DNA of 64,000 nt from Abditibacteriaceae bacterium. Lineage in GTDB: Bacteria; Armatimonadota; Abditibacteriia; Abditibacteriales; Abditibacteriaceae. The position numbers were made by a program, and so were the translations under genes. Location: assembly GCA_965277285.1 (NCBI GenBank), contig OZ255721.1:1440001-1504000 (forward strand). The letters run 5' to 3'. Of the stretch, positions 1 to 10,135 are shown piece by piece (position 1 is the stretch's first letter; the number at the start of each line of letters is the position of its first letter). Under the pieces are notes generated by a model. The model was not told the origin of the DNA. It saw only the letters and a list, made by a program, of their open reading frames with translations, and did no database searches.

Positions 1-42
1 TTCTACTGGGCGCCGTTTATTCTGATTGGCAATTGGCGCTAA
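1..42 (+). CDS. 3' end of an upstream CHAT-domain protein (partial)
   Basis: Bases 1-42 translate FYWAPFILIGNWR*, the typical CHAT C-terminal motif, nearly identical to the ends of the next two genes. Confidence 0.85.
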   Translation, partial: FYWAPFILIGNWR

Positions 43-185
43 TTTCAATATCGAGTACTCGATAGCAGCGACGAGCGAGAACGCGCTGTTTGTTGTGCTT
101 TTTACTCGCTCGTTGTGACGCATTTCACAGCGAGAGAAACGAAGCCTTGTTACAATCGCAGCAGTTTCGTGAAAGTGAGAGAAAT

Positions 186-3119
186 ATGAAAAGGTTTATT
201 TCTGGCCGTTTTTATAGCTTTGGGTTCGCACTGTGCCTGGCCATCCTTCTGTGCGCCTCGTCGCAGGCTGTGGCTCAGCAATCGAAAATACCAAACGCAC
301 CAAAACCAGCAGTTGGTGCGACCACACGGGCGCTCACTGATGCCAAAGTCATTGCGAAAGCTAACATGTTAGTCGCATCCGGTCAATATGGAGCCGCACA
401 AGAACTGCTGGAAGCACGAATTAAAATGGCCACTGCACCAACAGCGAAGCAAGCCTTACAAGTTGCTTTGGCCGATGTTCAATATGATTGGGCCATGGCG
501 CTGACAGTTTCTTCGGACTTCGAGAATGCGATACGACACTTCCTGGCGGCCCTTGACATTGATCAAAAAACTCGTCCCAAGGATGCCGCTCTCGACCTGA
601 ATAGCATTGGCTTAGCCTATGACTCTCTGAGCCAGTACGAGAAAGCACTGGAATACTACCGGCAAGCGCTGGCTATCTTTCGTGCCGACAAAAACCGACA
701 AGGTGAAGGTGCTGTGCTTAACAACATGGGTTTAGCTTACAATCGCCTGAGCCAATATGAGAAAGCATTGCAGTGTTTTCAGCGATCATCGGTTATAGGG
801 CACGAAGTCAAAGATCGAAACGGCGAAGGTGTAACGCTTGGCAATATTGGTTTAGCTTATGGCAATCTGGGTCAGGGTGCGAAATCACTGGAGTATTATC
901 AGCAAGCGCTGGCTATCTTTCGTGAAATCAAAGACCAGGCCAGCCAGGGTGTTATGTTTAGCAACATTGGCTCGGCCTATATGTCTTTAAGTCAATATGA
1001 GAAAGCATTGCAATTTTTTCAGCAATCGTTAACTGTTGTTCGTGCAGACAAAGATCGACAAAGTGAAGGTGTGGCACTCAACAACATTGGTGCAGTTTAT
1101 AACCACCTGAGCCAATATGAAAAAGCACTGGAGTATTATCAGCAAGCACGAGCTATCTATCAAGAAGTCAAAGATCGACGAGATGAAGGTGTCACACTCA
1201 ACAACATTGGTGAAGCTTATAGCCACCTGAGCCAGGTTGAGAAAGTACTAGAGTATGACCAGCAAGCACTGACCATCACGCGTGAAGTTAAAGACCGGCA
1301 AAGCGAAGAGATTGTTTTAAGCCACATGATGGCAGCTTGGAAGTCACTGCAGTCGCCCGAACTGGCCATCTTTTATGGCAAGCAGGCGATCAACGTCACG
1401 CAAAGCATTCGCGCCGATATTGCTCATCTTGATAAAACAACTCAGCGTCTTTACGCCACTTCCAACCAAGATCGTTATCGCACTTTAGCCGATTTGCTGA
1501 TCGCTCAAGGTCGTCTTCCAGAAGCCGAACAAGTGCTGCAACTGCTCAAGCAGGACGAGTTCTTCACCTTTGTGCAACGCGATGCCACGCGCGCCGGTGT
1601 TTCCGACAACATCGCACTCACGCCCGCTGAGGCAGAAAGCGTCAAGAAATATGACCTGATCGCCAACGATGCCACGCAGATCGGTGTGCGCATGGCGGAA
1701 CTCGATGCTCTCAAGCGTGACTTAACGACTGAAGAGAATATCGAGTACTCGAAGTTACAAGCCCAGCAACAAACTATCAACGAACGCTGGACAATCTTCA
1801 CCCGCGAATTGAAAGTCGCGCTCGCCGCTACTCCGCGCGATAAGCCAATCGAAGTCAATGAAGGTTTGCAATCTCGGCTGGCTAAACTTGAAGCCAATGG
1901 CATCAAAGCGGCGGTGGTTTATACGCTGGTTTCTTCCGACAACTATCACGCGATCTTGTTGACGGCTCACACGCGACAGGCTTTTCAAAGTGATACCACA
2001 GCCGCCACTATCAACACGCAAGTCGAAACGCTGCGACAAGGTTTGACCCACACCAATGTCGATCCGGTGCCCGCGGCTCAGGCCCTTTACAAAACCGTGT
2101 TTTGCAACGGCCAACTCGAAACGGCGTTGCAAGGCGCCAAAGTCGATGTCGTGTTGTGGTTTCTCGATGGCACCTTGCGCTATGTGCCGCTTTCGACATT
2201 GCACGACGGCCAACACTATCTGGTTGAAAACCCGCGCTTAAATGTCGTTATCACGCCCGAAAGCATCGCTCACGATTGGGACGTGCCAAAAACAGGCGGC
2301 CAGGTTCTGGGACTGGGAACATCTAAAGCGCACGATGTCTTAGTGGATGGTGATACGGGCGCACCGGCGCAAACGCTCCATTTCGACGGCTTGAGTGCGG
2401 TTCCAGGAGAATTGCGCGGCATCATTGCGGACAAAGCTGATGGAGGCGTGGGCGTTGCGCCCGGCCAGATTCTGCTGGACGATGCCTTCAAAGCGCAAAC
2501 CTTGCAACGCGCCTTGCGTAGAGGTTTCACGACCGTTCATATCGCCAGCCATTTCAACTTGAGCGCCGGTGATGATACGCGTTCGTTCCTGTTGCTGGGC
2601 GATGGCGATACTCTCAAGCTGTCGCAGTGGGACACGCAAATGGATTTGAGCAACGTCGATTTACTGACGCTTTCCGCCTGCGAAACCGGTGTCGCTGACT
2701 TAGCTAACAGCAATTCAACCAACAGCAAAAAAGACAGTGCAGCGACGAATCAAGGTGCCGAAGTGGATTCTTTGGGCGAACTGGCGCAGCGTCGCGGTGC
2801 ATCCGCCGTGATCTCGTCCTTGTGGTCGGTCAACGATGACAGCACAAGTCAACTGATGCAGAACTTTTATCGCTTACGGCAGGAGAAAGCACTTTCCAAA
2901 GGAGAAGCCTTGCGACAAGCGCAGTTGATGTTGTTGCACGGCGACGTTCAAAACAAAGTTTACGGCGTGTCCTCAGACATAGCGAATCGCGGCATGAGAC
3001 TAAACCATGTTGGCGGCGATTCTGCGACTCCAACTACGCCCTTTGTGTTTAATGACAAAGCGCCGTTCGCGCATCCCTTTTACTGGGCGCCGTTTTACCT
3101 TATCGGCAATTGGCGCTAA
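186..3119 (+). CDS. Secreted TPR-repeat CHAT-domain (clan CD, caspase/separase-like) protease
   Basis: Signal-peptide-like N-terminus from ATG 186; ~40-aa TPR repeats (LNNIG..Y..LSQYEKALEYYQQAL); CHAT dyad motifs HIASHF and LSACETG; ends HPFYWAPFYLIGNWR. Confidence 0.92.
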   Translation: MKRFISGRFYSFGFALCLAILLCASSQAVAQQSKIPNAPKPAVGATTRALTDAKVIAKANMLVASGQYGAAQELLEARIKMATAPTAKQALQVALADVQYDWAMALTVSSDFENAIRHFLAALDIDQKTRPKDAALDLNSIGLAYDSLSQYEKALEYYRQALAIFRADKNRQGEGAVLNNMGLAYNRLSQYEKALQCFQRSSVIGHEVKDRNGEGVTLGNIGLAYGNLGQGAKSLEYYQQALAIFREIKDQASQGVMFSNIGSAYMSLSQYEKALQFFQQSLTVVRADKDRQSEGVALNNIGAVYNHLSQYEKALEYYQQARAIYQEVKDRRDEGVTLNNIGEAYSHLSQVEKVLEYDQQALTITREVKDRQSEEIVLSHMMAAWKSLQSPELAIFYGKQAINVTQSIRADIAHLDKTTQRLYATSNQDRYRTLADLLIAQGRLPEAEQVLQLLKQDEFFTFVQRDATRAGVSDNIALTPAEAESVKKYDLIANDATQIGVRMAELDALKRDLTTEENIEYSKLQAQQQTINERWTIFTRELKVALAATPRDKPIEVNEGLQSRLAKLEANGIKAAVVYTLVSSDNYHAILLTAHTRQAFQSDTTAATINTQVETLRQGLTHTNVDPVPAAQALYKTVFCNGQLETALQGAKVDVVLWFLDGTLRYVPLSTLHDGQHYLVENPRLNVVITPESIAHDWDVPKTGGQVLGLGTSKAHDVLVDGDTGAPAQTLHFDGLSAVPGELRGIIADKADGGVGVAPGQILLDDAFKAQTLQRALRRGFTTVHIASHFNLSAGDDTRSFLLLGDGDTLKLSQWDTQMDLSNVDLLTLSACETGVADLANSNSTNSKKDSAATNQGAEVDSLGELAQRRGASAVISSLWSVNDDSTSQLMQNFYRLRQEKALSKGEALRQAQLMLLHGDVQNKVYGVSSDIANRGMRLNHVGGDSATPTTPFVFNDKAPFAHPFYWAPFYLIGNWR

Positions 3120-3152
3120 TTTCAGATCGAGTACTCGAAGGTCGTGTTCCTC

Positions 3153-6100
3153 ATGTTATCACTCAAATTCTACGCGCTTTCCCTTGCCGTTCTCGCCACC
3201 GCGACACCATTTGTTCGCGCATCAGCGGATGTTTCGCCCAAAAGTTCGCCTGCCGCAACAACGTTGTCGGCAACTTCAACTTTTGCCGGACATTGGCTCG
3301 GCTCCTGGAAATCGGACGCGCCCGAGATAGCAACGCCAAAATCGGACGCGAAGGCTGACGCAAAAACGGACGCGACAAAGCCGAAAACGCCGCCCGAACA
3401 CGGCACGTTGGATATGACAATTGCGCGTGATGGAAATGTCACCGGCGTCGCCTGGAACGCAACCGCCAACCTTTACACGCCGTGGATTGGAACGATCAAT
3501 GACAGCGGCGCGATGCAAATCGAGTACTCGTTTCTCGGCAATACGTTTGCGGCTCAAGGGAATTTAGTATGCGACAGCGCCAAGCATCTAACCGGCAAAT
3601 TGTCGTTCTTGAGCAACGGTAAAGTTTTCAGCAGCGCCGACTTCGATTTATCGCCGTCGCCAACGCAAACGCCAACAGTGCAAACGAGCAAGTTTGATTC
3701 GTGGCAAATGGCGTTTGACGAACAGGAAACGGCGCGCCTGGCAACCGGCGAAGCGACGCAGGAACGCGTTCAAGCAGCCAATCAGTCGCAATCGCTGGCG
3801 ACTGCCATCGCGTGGCGCGACTTCGACACGGACAACTTCGACGACGCCGCGACGTGGTTTGCGCGCATCGCCGATCTGAAAAAAGACGCGTTGCGCAATC
3901 GCGTCTTGTGGACAGAAAATATCTGGCAAAACACCCAGACAATGGTAGAAAAAGCGATCGCGCAAAGAAGGGCGCAATTGGCATCGGTCAAAACCGAACA
4001 CGAAAAATCAATGGTACAATCGAGTTTGGATTCGATGCTGAGCATCCAGTACTCGACGCAACACACCAGTTTGTCCACCTTGCAAACGCTGGCGCACGAA
4101 GACAACGATTTCCCCAGCGCGCAAAAATATGATCAACAATTGTTGGCCTTGGAAATCGCGCGCTTGAACGACATCACCAAAGTGGGCACGCCGGTTCAAA
4201 ACATCTGGATACAAAAACTCAACGTCGCCAGAGCCTTGGAAGAAATGGCGTGGACACAAGCCGAATCGACGCAATTCGCGGACGCCGACAAAAACTATCA
4301 TCAGGCGCTGGCGATCCGTCGCGCTTTGCCGCCCGAGTTTACTGATCGCGCGCCTTATGAAACATTGAGCGACCTGGGCTTAATGTATTACTACAACGTC
4401 GGCGATTTGAAGCAGGCGCGCGATTATTACGAGCAAGCCGTCACTCAGTTGGAAGCCGATGAACCCAACTTCTTGAAGTCGCTGGATGACGTGACGCCGC
4501 CGCCCTTGCCCGATCTCAGTCCTGAAAACCAGGCCTATTACCAGAAAACGTGGGCGCAAACGCAAAGGGAATTGAAGCCCAGCCGCCTGACGACCCACCT
4601 CTTGGACGAAGGCACGATGTTGAACAATTTGGGCGATGTCGCCATGTCGCAGGGCAATCTTACCAGCGCTTCTTCGTATTACAATCGCGCTCTCAACCTG
4701 GAAAGCCGTTTTCCAATGGGAAACGATCCTTACGGCATCATCGACGAAGATTCGCGGCGCATAATTCATATACGCACGATGGGCAGCCTGGCTTTTCTGC
4801 ATAGCGCATCTGGCGAAGTGGATCGCGCGCTGAGCGAGTTGGATGAAGTCGTGCTGCTCAGCCGCCAGAGCGGAAACGACGAAACCGTCGCCAATACGCT
4901 CGCGCAAGTCGCTGGCTTATGGTACGAAAAAGGCGATTTGAACAAAGCTCGACGTTACACCGAACAAGCGCGCACCTTTTTCGCTTCGGCACAAAAAATC
5001 AACGGCGTTGCAATGGCGACAGGTTCGCTGTCGTTTCTGGCGCGCGAAGCAAAACAGCCCGACGAAGCCGCCAAATATGCTTTGCAGCAACTTCCCCTGG
5101 CGCGTCAAAGCGGTAATTTTAACGGCATCAGCGGTGCGGCGATCAACCTCGCTGCCGCGCGCCTCGATCAGAAACGATTAGATGAAGTCGAGCCGCTTAT
5201 CCAGGAAGCTGAAACCGCCAACGCGCACACCGGTTCCGTCGAAAACCAGATTTCAACGCTCAGTTTGCGCGGTCAATTGTTGGAAGCGCAGGGCAAAAAC
5301 GACGCGGCCTTGGAAAAATACAAAGCCGCAATTGACGCTCTGGAAAAAGTGCGCGCCACGTCCGCCAGCGAAGAAACATTTGGTAAATCGCGCTCGAACA
5401 CGCGCATTTATGAACGCATCGTCAAGCTTCTCATCAAAATGAACCGCCCACAGGATGCCTTCGAGTACCTTAATCGCGCCAAATCGAAGCAGTTGCAGGA
5501 CGCGCTTTCTTTGTCGAACGTGCAGTCGCGCGATCCACAGTTGCAGGCTTTGCTCGACCGCGCCAAAGGCTTGCAGGAACGCGGTCGAGTACTCGATGCG
5601 CAAATCCAGAACGCGCCGGACGCGACGCAAGTTCAGAAACTGAAGTTGATCGCGGCGGCCAATCAGCAGGAGTTTTACGATGTGGCGGCGGACATCGAAG
5701 AAAAATATCCCACTTATGCCAGCTTGTTCACCGTCGATCCGACGCCGCTGGGCGCCGCGCAAAGCAGCATTCCCGATGACACGATTCTGGTCGAATACGC
5801 ACCGGTCGGCGATCAGCTTTACATTTTTCTGGTCACGCGCGACAGCCTCAAAATCTACACGCCGGACGTGCATCCCGAAGAGATTTGGAATCGCATCCGC
5901 AGCGTGCGAAAGCAAATTGATACACGTTCGCCCATGGAGACGACAATCGCCGTATCGAGTACTGGAAACGATGAAAAAGCGCTGGGAAAAGCGCGCGGCA
6001 TGAAGCTGCAATTGACCGATGCGAGCCAGAATCCGTATGACAAGGTTTCGCTGGACGATAACCTTTCGTCGTTATACGACCAACTGATCGCGCCGATTGC

Positions 6101-6896
6101 GCCGGAAATTGGTAGCAAGAAAGTGCTGGCGTTCATTCCGACGCAGCTTTTATATTATCTGCCGATGCAAGCCTTGCTGCACCGCGACAAAGCGGCTGGA
6201 ACGTCGCGTTATCTGATCGAAGAAAAGCAGATCGCCTATTTATCGGCGGCGGACGTGATGAACCTGGTGAAGCCGCGCGACAACACGCAAATGGGCAAAG
6301 GTTTGATGGCTTTGGGCGACCCAACCGGCGCCGATTTGCCGCACGCTTTGGAAGAAGTGCAGGCCATCAGCACGATTTTTCCGGCCTCGCAAGTTCTGAC
6401 CGGCAACGATGCAACCAAAAACATCATCGAAGCGCCGGACGCCGGAAATTTCCGCATTTTGCATTTTGCAACGCACGGCATTCTCAACCCAAATGCGCCG
6501 CGTCGCAGTTACATTTTGCTGGCGGCAGACAAAAACGCCACCGCCGGCAGCGAGCAGCTCCAGATGAGCGAAGTATGGGGATTGAAGCTGAACAAAGTCG
6601 ATCTGGTAACGATTTCCGCCTGCGAAACCGCGCTGGGAACCGATCATCCGGGCACGGAAATCATGTCGCTGGCGACGGCGTTTTCCAAAGCGCAGGCGCA
6701 TTCGGTCGTCGCCAGTTTGTGGAGCGTTTCCGATGACAGCACCAAAGATTTAATGGTCGAGTTTTACACCGGCCTGGCCAAAGGCGACAGCAAAGCGCTC
6801 GCGCTGCAAAAAGCGCAGATTCGAGTACTCAAAGACCCGCAATTCGCGCATCCCTATTACTGGGCGCCGTTTGTTTTGATGGGCGACTGGCGGTAA
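3153..6896 (+). CDS. Secreted TPR-repeat CHAT-domain protease with an N-terminal beta-rich domain
   Basis: Signal-peptide-like start (GTG 3144 or ATG 3153); TPRs; HFATHG and ISACETA motifs; ends HPYYWAPFVLMGDWR. Confidence 0.92.
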   Translation: MLSLKFYALSLAVLATATPFVRASADVSPKSSPAATTLSATSTFAGHWLGSWKSDAPEIATPKSDAKADAKTDATKPKTPPEHGTLDMTIARDGNVTGVAWNATANLYTPWIGTINDSGAMQIEYSFLGNTFAAQGNLVCDSAKHLTGKLSFLSNGKVFSSADFDLSPSPTQTPTVQTSKFDSWQMAFDEQETARLATGEATQERVQAANQSQSLATAIAWRDFDTDNFDDAATWFARIADLKKDALRNRVLWTENIWQNTQTMVEKAIAQRRAQLASVKTEHEKSMVQSSLDSMLSIQYSTQHTSLSTLQTLAHEDNDFPSAQKYDQQLLALEIARLNDITKVGTPVQNIWIQKLNVARALEEMAWTQAESTQFADADKNYHQALAIRRALPPEFTDRAPYETLSDLGLMYYYNVGDLKQARDYYEQAVTQLEADEPNFLKSLDDVTPPPLPDLSPENQAYYQKTWAQTQRELKPSRLTTHLLDEGTMLNNLGDVAMSQGNLTSASSYYNRALNLESRFPMGNDPYGIIDEDSRRIIHIRTMGSLAFLHSASGEVDRALSELDEVVLLSRQSGNDETVANTLAQVAGLWYEKGDLNKARRYTEQARTFFASAQKINGVAMATGSLSFLAREAKQPDEAAKYALQQLPLARQSGNFNGISGAAINLAAARLDQKRLDEVEPLIQEAETANAHTGSVENQISTLSLRGQLLEAQGKNDAALEKYKAAIDALEKVRATSASEETFGKSRSNTRIYERIVKLLIKMNRPQDAFEYLNRAKSKQLQDALSLSNVQSRDPQLQALLDRAKGLQERGRVLDAQIQNAPDATQVQKLKLIAAANQQEFYDVAADIEEKYPTYASLFTVDPTPLGAAQSSIPDDTILVEYAPVGDQLYIFLVTRDSLKIYTPDVHPEEIWNRIRSVRKQIDTRSPMETTIAVSSTGNDEKALGKARGMKLQLTDASQNPYDKVSLDDNLSSLYDQLIAPIAPEIGSKKVLAFIPTQLLYYLPMQALLHRDKAAGTSRYLIEEKQIAYLSAADVMNLVKPRDNTQMGKGLMALGDPTGADLPHALEEVQAISTIFPASQVLTGNDATKNIIEAPDAGNFRILHFATHGILNPNAPRRSYILLAADKNATAGSEQLQMSEVWGLKLNKVDLVTISACETALGTDHPGTEIMSLATAFSKAQAHSVVASLWSVSDDSTKDLMVEFYTGLAKGDSKALALQKAQIRVLKDPQFAHPYYWAPFVLMGDWR

Positions 6897-6899
6897 TAT

Positions 6900-7014
6900 G
6901 CCAGCGAATAAATTCGCCGCCAGAAAAAGGTGTCGGGCTGCGCCGACGCGATGCCATCGAAGCCGTGTCAACGAAGGTTGACACCTTTTTCTGGCGGCGA
7001 ATTTATTCGCTGGC
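6900..7014. repeat. Long intergenic inverted repeat (~35 bp arms), REP/MITE-like
   Basis: GCCAGCGAATAAATTCGCCGCCAGAAAAAGGTGTC (6900-6934) is the reverse complement of 6980-7014. Confidence 0.85.
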
Positions 7015-7030
7015 CAAAAGGAAACAAAGA

Positions 7031-10000
7031 ATGAAACCAAGACATTGGAAGAAATCCGCCGCGCTTTTCGTTGGTTTGAGTGCGATTCGAGTACTCGATT
7101 TGTCGGCACAAGCCGCACCGAACAGCGAAGTCAAGCCGAGTTTGCATCATGCGAACGGGCCGATATTCGCGCAGACGGCGCGCGGTGGCACCAACGACAA
7201 ACTCGCGTTCGATTTGCAATTGTTGCTGCGCCAGTATTCGCGCGGTCGTGGCGGCGCACCTTCTTCGTTGCCCGAAATGTCGGCGCAAACGGTCGAGCGT
7301 CGCTACGGCATCAGCGCGGATGATTTCAACCCGAATGTTACGGTTGCCATTCAAACCGATGGTTCAAAAACTGTTGAAGACGATTTGAAAAACGCGGGCG
7401 CGCAAATTCAAAGTCGCGTCGGCGATATGTTTTACGCGAATGCGCCGGTTTTAAGTTTGTCACGTCTCAGCGCAATTGATGGCGTGCAAACAGTTTCGCC
7501 CTTGCGCGCGCCGCAGATTCCACAACGACCTGCCGAACGGCGCGCGCCCGACGGTTTACAATTGCTGCGTTCGCGTGGCGCATTGGCGAACACTTTCGAT
7601 CATCAGGGCTTGACCGGAAAAGGCGTCATCCTTGGCGTCATTGATTCGGGCATTGACTGGCAGCACGGCGATTTCCGCAACGCCGATGGCACAACGCGTA
7701 TCCTCGCTTTGTACGACATGAGCGACAACTCATGGACGACTTCGGGTGGGAAAATCGGGACGAAACCGCCATTGCTCGATGGCGCGAAACCTTTGGGAAC
7801 GTTTTATACGCAAGGCCAAATCAACGCGGCGCTTAAAGGAACGGGTAAGCTCAATTCTGTCGATAAAGTCGGTCATGGAACGGCTTGCGCGGGAACGGCG
7901 GCGGGCAACGGTCAGGCGACGGCGAACGGTGTTCCGTTGGGCTTTTATCAGGGCGTGGCGCCCGCAGCCGACTTAATTATCGTGCGCGCGGCGGCGCCTG
8001 AAGGCGAAGGCATTTTGCCGCAGGGTTATCTCGCGGCGGGTTGGATCGCGCAAATGGCGAAATCGCGTCACCAACCGTGCGTCATCAGCATGAGTTTTGG
8101 CGATCAAGGCTCCTCTCACGAAGGCGATTCGCCCGAAGAAAACTTCCTCAACTCGCTGGTTGGAACGGGCAAGCCCGGCGTTGTGGCGTGCATCGCGGCG
8201 GGCAACGAAGGACAGGAAAACCTTCATGCGCGCGGTCGTTTCGGCCCCGATCAATCCGACGAAGCCGATACGTTCAGCGAAAGCATCGAGCTTTTTACGT
8301 CCGATCCCGATGGCACGTTGCTCAAAGGTTATTTCAGTACGGAAGACAATTGGGGAATGGCGATTGAGGGCTTGGACAACTTTCTGGTGGATGCCAAAGG
8401 TCAGCCAGTTTCGGTTTTGGTGCAGCGCAACGCGCGAGGCTTGGGCGCGCGCCTGAGCGCGATTCCAGCCAAACCTGCCGATTTTGGGCGTTATTTCAGC
8501 AACAACTTTGCCGTTGAAAAAGTCAGTGCGACCAGCGATGGACTCAGCGTTCTGCTGCCGCCTGGCAAATACAAAGTTTACGGTTACGGCGCGTCGCCCA
8601 AAGTGACGAACGGACGCTTCGATTTGTATTTGGAAAATTATGCGCACGCCAGTTTCGGCAAAGGTTCGGAAAGCCTTTACATCGTCGGTTCGCCGGGCAA
8701 CGCCGCCAATGCGATCACGGTCGGCGCTTACGATTTTCGCAATACCTGGACTAACTCGAATGGCAAGCCGACGGTTTACAATCTGCAAATGGGCGCGATT
8801 TCCAATTATTCCAGCGCCGGTTTTCGACGCGATGGCGTTGTCAAACCGGACCTGATTGCGCCCGCGACGTATACGATTTCGCCGCTCGCGCCGAATAGCG
8901 AAATGAATTTCGACGCGGACAACAAACCCGACAGCACGATGATAACACGCGATGGGAAACATCTGGCATGGGCTGGAACCAGCGCCGCCTGTCCTTATAC
9001 GGCGGGCGTTGTCGCCTTGATGTTGCAGAAAAATCCCAGTCTGGATGCCGCGCAAATCAAAGACATTCTGACGCGTACGGCGCGCCATGACCGCTTCACC
9101 GGTTCGGTTCCCAACCCAAATGCGGGTTACGGCAAAATCGACCCCGCTGCGGCTTTGCGCCTGACGCCCATCGCCAACAAACCGCTCGTTGTCACGACAT
9201 CGAGTACTCGAAAGGTGGCGCCGATGGTTCCGGCGAAAGCCAAGCCGACGCCCGACGCGATGTTGATGCCGCAAGACGTTTTAGCGTATGAAGAGGCGCG
9301 TCATTTGGGCGATCATCACGAGGCGTGGCACGCGGTTCGTCGCTGGGATTTAGCCGAAAAAAGCGATATTCAGTGGATGCAGCAGCAAGGCTGGAAACGC
9401 GCGGCTTTGCAGGAAGGCATGACCGGCGACGGCCTGGCTTTTCTGGCGATGCACCGCGTTATGGTCGAAGATATGCGTGACCGTTTTCCGCAATACGCCG
9501 AACTTTTCAGCGGTTGGGCGACGCCGCCGACTGATCCCCGAGACAAAATCAATCCTCTGGCCGTCAAAGTTTCGACCAACTTCGATCCCGCTATGCTCAA
9601 GGCTATTGACCGCATCGAAAACCATCCCGAAACTTTCGCCGATGACGACGCTTTCGGCTTGTTCCTGGAAACCAATCACCGACCTTTGTTCGGCAAGCCG
9701 GACAACAAAGCGAGCGATTTCTCCGCCGGACTACACGCTTATTTGCACCGCCGTTTCTCGGATGCCAGTAGCGCGATTGATATGGGCGACTTCACCGTGA
9801 ACATCGAAAACCGCGAGTTCTGGCGACTGCACGGCTGGGTCGATGAACAATGGAGTGCCTTTCGACGCGCCAAAGGTCTGACCGCGCGTGACCCCGAGTA
9901 TCGCGCCGCGATGCAAAAAGCCTACGCCGAAATGCACCCGCGCAAAACTGTCGGCGCGTCACGCGGCGGCGCTTCTGGCGAGATGGCGATGATGGGAATG

Positions 10001-10054
10001 CACCGCGAACCGATGCCACAATCGTTACGCAAGATTTTCGAGCGCATGGAATAA
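7031..10054 (+). CDS. Secreted S8 subtilase with a C-terminal PvdP/tyrosinase-like (type-3 copper) domain
   Basis: Triad motifs GVIDSG, GHGTACAG, GTSAACP; C-terminal His motifs HHEAWH, FLAMHR, GLHAYLH, FWRLHGWVD. Confidence 0.85.
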   Translation: MKPRHWKKSAALFVGLSAIRVLDLSAQAAPNSEVKPSLHHANGPIFAQTARGGTNDKLAFDLQLLLRQYSRGRGGAPSSLPEMSAQTVERRYGISADDFNPNVTVAIQTDGSKTVEDDLKNAGAQIQSRVGDMFYANAPVLSLSRLSAIDGVQTVSPLRAPQIPQRPAERRAPDGLQLLRSRGALANTFDHQGLTGKGVILGVIDSGIDWQHGDFRNADGTTRILALYDMSDNSWTTSGGKIGTKPPLLDGAKPLGTFYTQGQINAALKGTGKLNSVDKVGHGTACAGTAAGNGQATANGVPLGFYQGVAPAADLIIVRAAAPEGEGILPQGYLAAGWIAQMAKSRHQPCVISMSFGDQGSSHEGDSPEENFLNSLVGTGKPGVVACIAAGNEGQENLHARGRFGPDQSDEADTFSESIELFTSDPDGTLLKGYFSTEDNWGMAIEGLDNFLVDAKGQPVSVLVQRNARGLGARLSAIPAKPADFGRYFSNNFAVEKVSATSDGLSVLLPPGKYKVYGYGASPKVTNGRFDLYLENYAHASFGKGSESLYIVGSPGNAANAITVGAYDFRNTWTNSNGKPTVYNLQMGAISNYSSAGFRRDGVVKPDLIAPATYTISPLAPNSEMNFDADNKPDSTMITRDGKHLAWAGTSAACPYTAGVVALMLQKNPSLDAAQIKDILTRTARHDRFTGSVPNPNAGYGKIDPAAALRLTPIANKPLVVTTSSTRKVAPMVPAKAKPTPDAMLMPQDVLAYEEARHLGDHHEAWHAVRRWDLAEKSDIQWMQQQGWKRAALQEGMTGDGLAFLAMHRVMVEDMRDRFPQYAELFSGWATPPTDPRDKINPLAVKVSTNFDPAMLKAIDRIENHPETFADDDAFGLFLETNHRPLFGKPDNKASDFSAGLHAYLHRRFSDASSAIDMGDFTVNIENREFWRLHGWVDEQWSAFRRAKGLTARDPEYRAAMQKAYAEMHPRKTVGASRGGASGEMAMMGMHREPMPQSLRKIFERME

Positions 10055-10064
10055 CGGCGTTTTG

Positions 10065-10110
10065 ACCGAACCTGTAGGGGCGCATTGCATGCGCCCCTAC
10101 AAGGTTCGGT
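10065..10110. repeat. GTAG-type REP-like hairpin between convergent genes
   Basis: ACCGAACCTGTAGGGGCGCA...TGCGCCCCTACAAGGTTCGGT. Confidence 0.75.
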
Positions 10111-10135
10111 TCTCCATATCGAGTACTCGATAGGC

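Noticed and set aside
600..1300. ~120-bp periodic repeats in the first CHAT gene
   Set aside because: Explained by tandem TPR units.
7973..9274. Long antisense ORFs (also 19931-21235, 38236-39576, 41561-42847, 49767-51179)
   Set aside because: Shadow frames of well-supported genes in GC-rich DNA, with no recognisable motifs.
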